Shown here: positions 48,621 to 60,948 of the stretch, piece after piece
How positions within the stretch are numbered: the stretch's first letter is position 1
Layout of the letters: every line of letters starts with the position of its first letter
Source: Ascidiella aspersa
Taxonomy: Eukaryota
DNA length: 64,000 nucleotides
Direction of reading: 5' to 3'
Assembly (NCBI GenBank): GCA_963924565.1
Contig: OZ004615.1
Coordinates: forward strand, 26,474,001 to 26,538,000
The notes under the pieces: model-generated
Databases searched by the model: none
What the model was told of the DNA's origin: nothing
Seen by the model: only the letters and a program-made list of their open reading frames with translations
Translations under genes and position numbers: made by a program

Positions 48621-50899
48621 ATGGTTGAAAGAAGTTTCTTTCGGAAGAGTTTAAATATTACCTTTGTCATATCACTTTATTGGTAAGTTTAATATTGTTA
48701 AATTCCTGCGCCCTTTATTTTGTATAATTATTGTTTCTCTAATTTTTTTGCACTGAGCGATAATTGGGTGGTAATTGTTACTTTATCTGTTTTCAGGCTT
48801 GTTTCAATAATGATGGTGTTTTTCAACAAAAGGCTTTTGAACTCTAAAGAAATTGAACTAAACGCCCCAATTTTTGTGACTTTCTTTCAATGCTTTGTTG
48901 CAGTTGTGCTTTGCCAATTTGTATTTTTTATTGGAATGTTTAAAAAAAATTCAAAATTTCCATCTTTAAGGTAATATATGCAAATTGTATTTTAAATTAG
49001 TGCCACAAAACAGTTTAACTCTTTGTTTTAGAATCTTGTTTTTAAATGCAGATTTGATCAAAAGTTATCGCGAGAAGTTTTGCCGGTTTCATTTTGTTTT
49101 GTTTCTATGATCACGTTCAACAACTTAGCGCTTCGTGACCTTGGTGTGCCCTTCTACAATGTTGGGCGATCACTCACGACACTTTTTAACGTGGTTTTGT
49201 CGTATTTGATCTTGAAGAAAACCACGTCACAACTTGCTCTTGTCAGCTGTGGAATAATTATGCTGGGTAAATAATAATTAAGATTTGGTGAAAGTTTATA
49301 CACCTGGACTGATAACTACTGTTTCAGAGGTTTCCAGCCTTTTACGCATAAGGCACCACATAGAAATCATAACTAGATAGCACCTTAGATGAAACATGCA
49401 TGCAGCTTGGTTGTAATAACTAGACGAAACATACTAGCATTTGCTCTTACTGGTATTACTGTTGCTTAATGTCTCGTTCTCAACCCACGGTGTATAAAGA
49501 TTTACCAACTCTTGTCTATCTTATCTAAAAAAAATATATATGTATATATTTTGGCAACCATTAGTCTTATTTACACACCAATGCAGTCGATTGGAAACCA
49601 ATGGTTCATATCTTTACAAATATTTATATGACATTTAATCAGGTTGTTTGCTACTGAAAGATGTAGAGAAAATTTGTATTTGCTCATCCATTATTCTTTA
49701 TACTTTGTTGTTATTAAGGTTACATGGTTGGAATAAACGCGGAGGGTGATTTGGTAAATCTGTCGTACGTCGGTTGTGCTTACGGAGCAATTGCAAGCTT
49801 CTTTGTCAGCATGAACGCAATATTTACCGCAAGAGTTTTACCTCTCGTTGAGAATAGTCTTTGGAAGTTAGGTGGGAAACACTTTGGTTTACTATATTTT
49901 TTAACTAATTTTTAAGATACAAAAATACAACATTTTTTAGAAAAAACAGTTTGTAATAAATTCATAAAATTGATGAACTAGAACTTTTGTCAGAGATTTG
50001 TAAAAACAATGTTTAGTTAAAAAATGTTTGATTTTTTTAACTTGTTGATTATAGTGTTGTGTATACTGATTCCATATCTAATGGTTTTGTTGTTGACAGT
50101 GCATTTTGTGGCAGGTTTTTACAACAATCTCAACTCTTGCATGTTGCTTCTCCCTGTACTTCTGCTCTCCAACGACCTCCCTACGGTTTACAACTGCCCT
50201 CACTTGTGGAGCTCGTTGTTGTGGTCAGCCCTCGTCATCGTTGGAGTGTTGGGATTCATCACAGGCTTCGTGTGCACCTGGCAGATACAGGTGCATCACT
50301 CACTATTTGTGTGACATGGTTAACCGAAGTTATTTTGCGTGCTATAGCACTGGCATTATCTAAACTGGACGTTGTAGACTACAATATTGTTTATGCATAA
50401 AGTGGATCACTAAATTTGCAGCATTACGGATTTCACGCCAGATGTCTATTTTGATGGCAGTATCTTTCTCGCAGATTAATCCGAGCTTGTTACAAATAAA
50501 ACTTTTCCATCACATATTAAACCAAAACAGTGAATGTATACCAACCATGTTATAAGATTCAATGTTGTTTTGTTAATTTGCCAAATTTACCAAAATATTT
50601 CTGTGAATTAAAAATGATACAAACCCACAGTTCTAAGACGCTGTTTAGGAACCAAGTGCTGCGTAAAGACGTGCATGTTACCAACACTTGTTTGTTAGGT
50701 GACAACCCCCTTAACCCACAACATCAGCGGAACAGCGAAAGCTTGCGTCCAAACAATCCTTGCTGTCTCCTACTTCCACACGCCCAAGAGCGCCCCCTGG
50801 TGGCTTAGTAACCTCATGGTCCTCGTCGGTTCGTTCTGTTACACAGTTGTGCGAAGGAAGCAGATGAAAGAAGACCACAACGCAAAAGTAAAAAAATGA
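48621..50899 (+). CDS. SLC35C1: GDP-fucose transporter 1 (nucleotide-sugar transporter), 6 coding exons
   Basis: Exons ~48621-48682 (VISLYW), 48798-48970 ([22 protein letters not shown]), 49052-49266 ([21 protein letters not shown]), 49719-49871, 50115-50290 (YNNLNS..WQIQ) and 50699-50899 ([27 protein letters not shown]). Confidence 0.92.
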
Positions 50900-53800
50900 A
50901 TTTGTTCGTTCATTGATTGTAGCAACTTGGATAAAAGTGTTTTTTCTTGCACTTGGTGGTATATTTTACACAACCTTTATTGGCAACATTTTGTAAAAAT
51001 TTTCTCATTTATTTGTCAAATTTCTTTGTTTAAATGACGATTACACAAATAAATGTGAACTAACACTCTGCTTCTTAATTTTGCTGTTAGGTTCAATTTG
51101 AGAAAGAAAAAACGCAGAAAGAAGTTCGCATAGATATTTGATTGTTACTTAACAATAGACTTTCTGTGCGTTCGTTGATGATGACGTCACACGTTGCCAT
51201 GGAAACGGCCGCTTGTTGAAGATTGTGCTTCCGAAATTTTGAGAGTAATTTGACAAAATAAAGGTTACCAGCTGATTTGTAGTTTGTTGTGGACGTGCAT
51301 CTCCACTGACCAGAATTGCTCGTCCCCTTTCATGTGTACTTGCATAACCTTTCCGAGTAGTTTTCTTCAAACCTCTGGTCTTCAATGCAGCAGCCATGCA
51401 TACACTGTGTTGTTTTACTGCTTAGCACCGACGTTTTCACTGTTTTATTGCTTCCAAACTTATTTGTTTGTTTCCAAGCAAACCGTTTTATTTTTTATTT
51501 CTCAAACAATCTATATGGTCGAAACAAATCCTGTGAAAACACAATAAATTTTGTTGTTAGTTTTAATGTGCACAAAATGTCACTACTTCAGCTTAGGGGT
51601 TGGTATCTTTTCTGGGATCACATAAATATTGAAAGTTTAATCCCTCCGCAGCCATTAATATATTCTCGCTTAACTCTATGTTGAGATTTTGTTTTTACTT
51701 CGATGCAAAGTTTTTGTTTTTAATTGCAAAATAAAAACGATCGAACGGCTTTCTATGGTTGGAAACTAGAGTTTAACAATATTTCGGTTTTGAGGAATTC
51801 TTTTTTGGATTTTAATTTGCTGATGTAGAATTGATTTTTCTCAACTAGTTATTTACGTCAAACCACCACCTCACACGAGCAGTTAATTTTACCAGCAGAA
51901 AGAAAAGGTGACCGAAAACTTGAATCCCGTTTGAAAGAAAGCTTTTTCACGTCTGACACGTTCAAGGTGCTCAAATAGTTTTTCGTTTCCCATTACTTTT
52001 GGTTTTGCTGGTAAATGTGAGTGTGCGCCAAAACGCTAATATTCCGGCAATGAATTTTTGCTATTTGTGTTTTGAGTGGTCTTTGGAAAAATATAGCTTA
52101 CCTGTGTAACTACAGGAGTTCGTAGGCCTATATGTAATCCTTTCCGCCCAAATATTTCCCAGCGTTTCCAAAGCCAAGTATTAACAAACTTGATCTCGGA
52201 AAAAGTTGGGTAGTCATTTTACTAGTCAATAGCTTTTAGTTCCAGACTTTGTCCAAAACATAAAAAAAAAATTCTGCTGCAAGAAAAAGAGTATCGAGGT
52301 GAAACATTTACCTCTTGTGAACAAGCTATAATGCAAGCACAAACAGACATGCGTCGTTTCTCTACAACAACACTATAGTTGTTTGTCATAAAACCGTATT
52401 TTTGGTTAAACTTTTGTAGTTTGTGGTTAAATCAACCATCGTTCTTCTTCAGTTACAAGTTACAACCAATATATCAGCTCGCAGCAACTTTTGTATAAAC
52501 AGGTGGTTTTACCAGCGAAGCCCAATGCTAAATCGCAAAAATATTAATTAGCGCTAATTTCTGAAAAACAAATTCCATTTAACATTGTTTAAAGTTAAAA
52601 CCCCGGCAAAGCATCTTTATAATCGTATCTGTCGCAAAAACCACGCTTCCGCCTTTATCTGCCAAATGCTTTGCGTTTTTTGCAGGCATTGTGCATTTAC
52701 AAAATACTGTTACGCACGTTTAACCCCAAAGCTATAATAATGTTTTGTCCCTTAACTTGTTCGCTGTGTTGGTATATTGATGATAATGGTTATCTGTAGG
52801 TTACTGGGGCCATATTGCATCAACTTTTACCTACATCCAGACTTATGCATGCATGACAAACCAGAAGGAATGTGACGCGTCAGCGGAAACCTGCTAATAA
52901 GGTGATCATGTCGCTGAGTCGTGTTGGTAAAGTTTTGCCAATTCAAATGAAATAAGGCAGTCGCATTAGCACACGAGTTCGACAACAACACGTATATTTC
53001 AGATTCATTATAGTGCTGTTATTCAGATGTTGCTTCCTAGACTAGAAGCAACTTTAATCGCAATGAATATTTTTTATTTATCTACGCCGGGAGTTTACCT
53101 AAAGGTCCAAATCAGTGCATTGTCCAAGACCTCAAAGTCTAAAAGTTGGACTTTTTGATCCTTTGAATGCACTGATTGTCGTAGACCTTTTTGCTTAGAA
53201 CTGCACTGATTTCTGACGGATCGGGTGCAACATCATTTATTACTGCTCCGCGTTCCTTCAAGTAGACGCGATTTTACGCTCTGCTGCACAATCGAAGAGC
53301 GCTTGTTTTGGAAACAATAACAGTTTTTGTTTTGGTTATTGGTTAAAGCTCTCCTTCACAATATTATTTCGCCGCGGCCCAAATGCTAAGAGTTAAGTAG
53401 AAATGCGAAGCTTTGGCGGCACATTTCTGTGCTCTTAGCTTTTTATATAATTAAAGTGAACAAAAGGTAAGAGATTCGCATAAATAAGTTGGGAGCTAAT
53501 AAAACGCATTTATATTGTGAGAACAGACTAGGTTATAATGTTAAAATTTTTCTTCACCAGCGGAGTATGTTTACAAGCACCCAAAATATATTTGTTAATT
53601 TTGGAATGCAAAGTTTATAATAGTTTCGTTAAACTGCGGCTTTAGTGTTCATTACTCAACCTTGGAACTTTGGAAGCAGAAAGTGCTGAAGCTAAGTTAG
53701 GTTTTAATATGTCGTGTTATGTTTTGTGATTTTAGCACAGTTATAAGAGTGGAACATGCAGACCTTACAACAACAGTAAATCCTCGCTGCAAACCAGACC

Positions 53801-53985
53801 ATGTCTAATTGTGATGAACTGGAAAGCCTTAAATTTCTCTGTTTGTGATTTTGGCAGCCAAGCTCTTGTTGTGTTTTAATAAAAAAGTTGTTAAAAGGGT
53901 TTTAAAAAAAAAGTTGAATAAATACTTGTCATGTCCAAACTAACGTTTTTTATTCCTACTGACAATTTGTAGTTCGGCGATAGCA

Positions 53986-56900
53986 ATGTCTTGCCAAGAA
54001 TTGTTGGGGGTTCCTACTGTTGATGATTTTTTGTTAAACCTTTCGGCAAAAACTGAACTTGAAATTACAAGTGAAGAATTTAAAGAACTTTTAGATTCAG
54101 AAGACGTTTTGTCAAATCTTCGAAGTGAATTTTTGTTCCCTGATGTCCAGGAATTTCCAGGAGGTAAATTTAAACTTTAATAAATTTTTTTGGTCAAATT
54201 TAGCAGAAAATCTTTAATATAATGCCATAATCACTTTTGTAGCTTTGGAATATAAAAACAATTAATATTAATCCTTCTTGTGACCAATTGTGTACATCTG
54301 TCAGTTAATAGAGAAGAGGCAAAAGGCAAGAAATGTGTTTATCTCTGCGGAAACTCACTTGGACTTCAGCCAAAATCAACTAAAAGCAAGATAAACCAGG
54401 TTTTAAAGTTTTAAAATGTTTAGCTGTATAACATTTGAAATTAAATGTTTTGAAGCATAATGGTTGGAGGTTGTAGTAAAACATAGTAAGAATATTAAGG
54501 CCCATGCTAAAGTAGAAATCATTTTAAACATTTCGAAAATGAATAAAGAGTTATTTGAAACTTTACTACTTCTGTATGGGCTTTGATATTCTTACTACTT
54601 GTTTTAATGTTACTTTTTTAAAGGATTTTTATATTGCCCTTTACACTTCATGTTTTTATTGTATATTTTAAGACTTTTTATGGAGCAGTTTTTACAAACA
54701 GGTGTTTTGTAATTCCGCTTACTGATGTTTCTCCAGGTTTTGTTGAACTGGTCGAAGAAGGGTCATCACTGCCACAAACACGGAACCCTTCCAGCGGCTC
54801 ACTGTGACAATTACGTCACTCAAGATATGGCAAAACTCGTTGGCGCACAAAATGACGAAGTAAAACAAATGGGTGTTTACTAAGTGATACAAACACTTTG
54901 AATTTGTTATATAAAATTGAATAACTAATATGTTATAATTTCATTGAATATTTCTGTGTTTTAGGTTGTTGTTATGAATGGACTTAGTGTGAACCTTCAT
55001 TTATTGCTGGTCTCTTTTTATCAACCGACAAAAACACGACATAAAATCTTGCTTGAAGAAAAAGCCTTTCCATCTGACCATTACATTGTTGAGTCACAAA
55101 TAAAACAAAGGGGCTTTGACCCCGGAACAAGCATGGTGTTCCTCAACAGGAAAAAGGTTACTTCATCATAATTCTAGTTCTAAATAACATTATTTGTGTA
55201 TAAAACATTTGCTGGAGAATATACTTAGCAACAATCTTTTTGACAAAGTTACAAAGAGTTATTAGTTAATAATTTACTTGGCATGATGCTAAAACCCAAG
55301 TTTTTTTCATTAAAAATGGGTAAGTTGTTTGTTGTACAGAAAAAATTATATCATATTCTTATAGTAAAATTTCAGGCAAAGTATAGGCCTACATTTATCG
55401 ATACCGATATACCGATCTAACAATAGTTATAAGTGACACATGTTTAAAAAAACCTTTATAATCTTTCTGTCCTACAAGGGCTGTGAGTACTGGGACATGG
55501 ATGAGATTATTTCCGAGATAAATTCTGCGGGGGAATCAATATCTGTGGTGTTATTGCCAGGAGTCCAGTATTACAATGGGCAAGTGTTTGACATGGAGCG
55601 CATCACTAAAGCTGCTCACAGCGTTGGAGCTATGGTGAGGATGATTGCTTATTATGTCAGGGGCCACCAAACTATGGATGGTTGGTTCGAGTGTTTTGTC
55701 CCTAAAGATATTTTCTTAATGATGCCAAAATACTAAAATTAACAGTTTATGAACATAAAACTTTGTCCCATGCAAATTTAAGCTACATTTTTAATTTTTT
55801 TTGAATAAACGGCAATTTCATAAAGCTAATTAACATAATAATCAAGTAAGTTAGCTCCTCTCCGTTTAATTGACAGGATGATATTGATATGCATAATGCT
55901 TTTTACCTCAGTTTACCTTTAGAGTAAGCAGGGTGCATGAGTTAGTCACAACAAATTTAAGGGTTCACCAAACCTAAAAAGGTTTATTGACCCCACCAGT
56001 TCATTGACCCCATATTGCACTACTTTATTGACCCACATCACACCAGTTCATTGATCCCACATTGACTGAGTTCATTTACCCTTCATTGCATTAGTTCATT
56101 GACCCGACATTGCATGAGTTCATTGATCCCACATTGCACCAGTTCATTGATCCCACATTGCACCAGTTCATTGATCCCACATTGCACCAGTTCATTGACC
56201 CACATTGCACGAGTTCATTGACCCACATTGCACGAGTTCATTGACCCCATATTGCACAAGTTCATTGACCCCAAATTGCTCGAGTTTATTGATCCACATT
56301 GACCGAGTTCATTGACCCTTCATTGCATTAGTTCATTGACCCCGCATTGCACTAGTTCATTGACCCTTCATTGCATTAGTTCATTGACCCCACATTGCAC
56401 TAGTTCATTGTCCCTACATTGCGCTAGTTCATTGACCCCACATTGCACTAGTTCATTGTCCCCATATTGCGCTAGTTCATTGACCCCACATTACACAAGT
56501 TCATTGACCCCACATTGCACGTGTTTATTGACCCCACATTTCACCAGTTCATTGACCCCAAATTGCACTAGTTCATTGACCCCTCATTGCACGAGTTCAT
56601 TGACCCTTCATTGCATTAATTCCTTGACCCCACATTGCACGAGTTCATTGACCCCACATTGCACTAGTTCATTGTCCCACATTGCACCAGTTCATTGACC
56701 CCACATTGCAAGAGTTCATTGACCCACATCACACCAGTTTATGGACCCCACATTGCACCAGTTCATTGACCCTTCATTGCATTAGTTCATTGACCCTTCA
56801 TTGCAGTAGTTCATTGACCCACATCACACCAGTTTATTGACCCCACATTGCACCAGTTCATTGACCCCACATTGCACCAGTTCATTGACCCCACATTGCA

Positions 56901-59645
56901 CGTGTTTATTGACCCCACATTGCACCAGTTCATTGACCCCAAATTGTACTAGTTCATTGACCCCACATTCTACGAGTTTATTGACCCTTCATTGCATTAG
57001 TTCATTGTCCCTTCATATTGCACGTGTTTATTGACCCCACATTGCACCAGTTCATTGACCCCAAATTGTACTAGTTCATTGACCCAACATTGTACGAGTT
57101 CATTGACCCTTCATTGCATTAGTTCATTGACTCCACATTGCACGAGTTCATTGATCCCACATTGTACGAGTTCATTGACCCTTCATTGCACCAGTTCATT
57201 GATCCCACATTGCACCAGTTCATTGTCCCCACATTGCACGAGTTCATTGACCCCAAATTGCACCAGTTCATTGACCCCTCATTGCACGAGTTAATTGGCC
57301 CACATCACACCAGTTTATTGACCCCACATTGCACCAGTTCAGTGACCCCACATTACGCCAGTTCACTGACCCCACATTGCACCAGTTCATTGACCCCAAA
57401 TTGCACGAGTTCATTGACCCCAAATTGCACCAGTTCATTGACCCCACATTGCACGAGTTAATTGACCCACATTGCACCAGTTCAGTGACCCCACATTGCG
57501 CCAGTTCACTGACCCCACATCACACCAGTTTATTGACCCCACATTGCACCAGTTCAGTGACCCCACATTGCGCCAGTTCACTGACCCCACATCACACCAG
57601 TTTGTTGACCCCACATTGCACCAGTTCATTGATCCCACTTTGCACGAGTTCATTGACCCTCCATTGCATTAGTTTATTGACCCCACATTTCACCAGTTCA
57701 TTGAACCTTCATTGCATTAGTTCATTGACCTTACATTGGAACAGTTAATTGACCCACATTGCACGAGTTCATTGTCCCCACTTTGCACGAATTCATTGAC
57801 CCCAAATGGCACCAGTTCATTGGCCCCACATTGCACCAGTTCATTAACCCTTCATTGCATTAGTTCATTGGCCCCACATTGCACCAGTTCATTGACCCTT
57901 CATTGCATTAGTTCATTGACCCCACATTGCATTAATTCATTGACCCCACATTGTACGAGTTCATTGATCCTTCATTGACCCCAAATTGCACCAGTTCATG
58001 GACCCCACATTGCACGAGTTTATTGACCCTAAATTACACCAGTTTATTGATCCCACATTGCACCAGTTCATTGACCCTTCATTGAATTAGTTCATTGACC
58101 CTTCATTGCATTAGTTCATTGACCCCACATTGCACGAGTTATTGTCCCCACATTGCACTAGTTCATTGTCCCCACATTGCACGAGTTCATTGACCCCACA
58201 TTGCACGAGTTCATTGACCCCACATTGCACGATTTCATTGACCCCACTTTGCACGAGTTCATTGACCCCACATTGCACGATTTCATTGACCCAAAATTGA
58301 ACGAGTTCATTGACCCCAACTTACACCAGTTTATTGACCCCACATTGCACGAGTTCATTGACCACACATTGCATAAGTTCATTGTCCCACATTGCACTAG
58401 TTCATTGACCCCAACTTACACCAGTTTATTGACCCCACATTGCACAAGTTGATTGACCCCACATTGCACCACCAGTTTATTGACCCCACATTGCACAAGT
58501 TGATTGACCCCACATTGCACTAGTTCGTTGTCCCCACATTGCACCAGTTCATTGACCCCACATTGCACGAGTTCATTGACCTCACATTTCACGAATTCAT
58601 TGACCCCACATTGCACTAGTTCATTGGCCCAACATTACGCGAGTTCATTGACCCCACATTGCACCAATTCGGTGACCCACATTTATCCAGCTCATTGACC
58701 CCACATTGCACCAGTCCATTGATCCCACATTGCACGAGTTCATTGACCCCATATTGCACCAGTTAATTGACCCACATATGTTGCTTAGGTTGGGTTTGAT
58801 CTGGCGCATGCGGTCGGCAACATCGAGCTTTCCTTGCATGATTGGAAGGTTGATTTTGCCGCTTGGTGCACTTACAAGTACCTCAACTCTGGCCCTGGAT
58901 GTATCGCTGCTGCATATTTGCACAACAAGCACAAACACAACAACTTCCCTAAGTTTAGCGGTAAGCAGTAGTAGGAGCCAACTTATTGTTTAATCTGCGT
59001 GAGTAAAATAGATATGTTGTTGTTTGCGGATAGGTTGGTGGAGCCACGAGTCCAGCAGCCGCTTCGAGATGTCAAACAAGATGGAGCTGACCCACGGGGT
59101 GAAAGGTTACCGGGTCAGCAACCCTCCCCCAGTCCTGGTCGCTTGTGTTCGCGCAAGTTTGGACGTCTTCAACAAAACCTCGATGAAAGAGTTGCGCAAG
59201 AAGAGTGTCTTGTTGACCGGGTTGGTCGATTATTGCGCAATAACCTCCTTATCTGTAATGTTTTGCAACAATTTGAGATGTAAGTTCTTTTAAGGTACCT
59301 GCGATTCTTGATCGAGCATCATTTTAAACGAACAGCTTCTTCGAGCCGCTGGATAGAAATCATAACCCCCCCGGAGCAAGGTTGCCAACTCACCCTCAAG
59401 TTCAGTCGCCCCGTAAAACAGGTGATTCCCCACACGTGTTCTTGTTGCTACTGGCAACACACACCCAACTTTAAATCCGATGACGTCATACGCATGTTGT
59501 TGCTCAGGTTTACGAATCACTTGAGCGTGAAGGCGTTTGTTGCGACATAAGGGAGCCGGACTCGATCCGCGTCGCCCCAGTCCCACTTTACAACAACTTC
59601 GACGACGCACACCGCTTCGTGCGCATTTTGCACAGCATACTTTGA
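53986..59645 (+). CDS. KYNU: Kynureninase (PLP-dependent), 9 coding exons
   Basis: [69 protein letters not shown] (PLP lysine), GWWSH, RVSNPP and [14 protein letters not shown] junctions checked for the 3' exons keep frame. Stop TGA at 59643-59645. Confidence 0.95.
55985..58777 (+). repeat. 24-bp (23-24) minisatellite, ~115 units, at the 3' end of KYNU intron 5
   Basis: Consensus CCCCACATTGCACCAGTTCATTGA; the array ends ~10 nt before the acceptor at 58788. Confidence 0.96.
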
Positions 59646-59909
59646 CCGGCGCTCAGTATTGGTGAACTTCGTGCAATAAGCTTTTAATCGTGGAATACAA
59701 TCTTCAAATCGTTTGCTCGTATGTAGCTCAAGATTGGGTCTTACCCCTGGTTATTCCCCTGGGTTATCTTTTCTTTTGAGGAAACCCCGGGAATCGTGAA
59801 ACAAGCCGTAGTTTAATGCGAGTGTTTGATTAACATTTTACATTTGCTGATGCTGTTCACGACTGTTAATATCGCGTAATAACTAACTTTAATCTTTAAC
59901 AGCAGCGTA

Positions 59910-60948
59910 GGGGCAGCGTACACCTCTATGTTAGCACCTGTTGCTCAAAACAAACATATCAACACCAGGCTTAAACAAATAAAATTGTACAAGTGCCTTA
60001 ACAACAAAATGCTGAAGTTTTATGCATTTTTAGCGACGACGTTACAAAGCTTCGTCATAACATGGCGTCATACAAAAATAAATACTAAAAACACTGCGTT
60101 TATTGGATTTCAATTGGCAAAACTTTCGATTTAATAGTTTGCGTATTAGGCACATAATAGTGTGTTTCATATTGCTTGAAGCTACAGATTTAAAGTCTGT
60201 TTAACAGTGATTGCTCGGACCAAGCCATGGTAAAAAATTACCGAGTAAAAGTTTACAAAAGTATAGCAAACCATTGGCGTTAAACCATTTTAAGTCTTTA
60301 AGGCAGCGTTTCTCAACCGGTGCGCCGCGGCGCACTGGTGCGCCATGGAAGACTGCTAGGTGCGCCGCAAGCAATAGTAAAAAACATATCAAAATAAGTA
60401 AATTAATCGGAATAAGACTTTAATGGACAAAATAACGTTTTTAGTCTCAAAGGCTGGAAGTCCCTTTAAAGATATGCAACTATAAAACCCATATAATAAA
60501 AAATGAAGGCAATTCAAGAGAAATATCGGTAAACCTAAAAAACTTCGCGCTCGCTTCGCTCGTAAGGTGCGCCGCCACGTTTTCATACGTCTCTAGGTGC
60601 GCCCCAAGTATAAAAGGTTAAGAAACACTGCTTTAAGGGAATGATAAGATTTGATTTTCAAACACGTAAGCTGGTCAAAGTGTAATAAAATGGCCATACG
60701 CATTATTTACGTAAATTCTCTTTATCAAATATATGTTTCGATCATTCCCCAAAATCTACGCCATATTTGAACCCCTTTCGGATCAAAGGCATATTTTAAG
60801 TGGGGAAGTTTTCGGCCCATATCTGTTTTTAATTGCAGAAACAAGTTAAGGAAAATGAAAAACAAAATTTATTATATAAAATACACAATACAAAATATAA
60901 AAAAAGTAAAAAAAAAATTAAAATAAAATAAAAATTGAAAATAAACAC
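59910..60948 (+). mobile_element. 5'-truncated copy of the 23.5-24.6 kb Helentron/HINE-like repeat, interrupted by a MITE and an LTR element
   Basis: Collinear similarity with ~24050-24587 (AAACATATCAACACCAGGC, GCGACGACGTTACAAAGC, TTTTCGGCCCAT..GCAGAAACAA). Confidence 0.75.
60304..60630. mobile_element. hAT (Buster-like) MITE
   Basis: TIR CAGCGTTTCTCAACC / GGTTAAGAAACACTG; perfect 8-bp TSD CTTTAAGG; internal GGTGCGCC repeats. A degenerate relative lies at ~32000-32160. Confidence 0.9.

Noticed and set aside
49325-49603. Degenerate hAT-like MITE in an SLC35C1 intron (CAGAGGTTTCCA...TGGAAACCAATG)
   Set aside because: The TIR is imperfect and no TSD is recognisable; too weak to list as a feature.
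51100-53900. Possible extra gene between SLC35C1 and KYNU (minus-strand splice-like sites near 52100 and 52310)
   Set aside because: No coherent reading frame or recognisable domain; likely KYNU upstream/UTR sequence or non-coding.
56312-58760. LTPHCTSS / HQFIDPTL repeat ORFs
   Set aside because: Minisatellite translation inside KYNU intron 5; the flanking exons join in frame without it.
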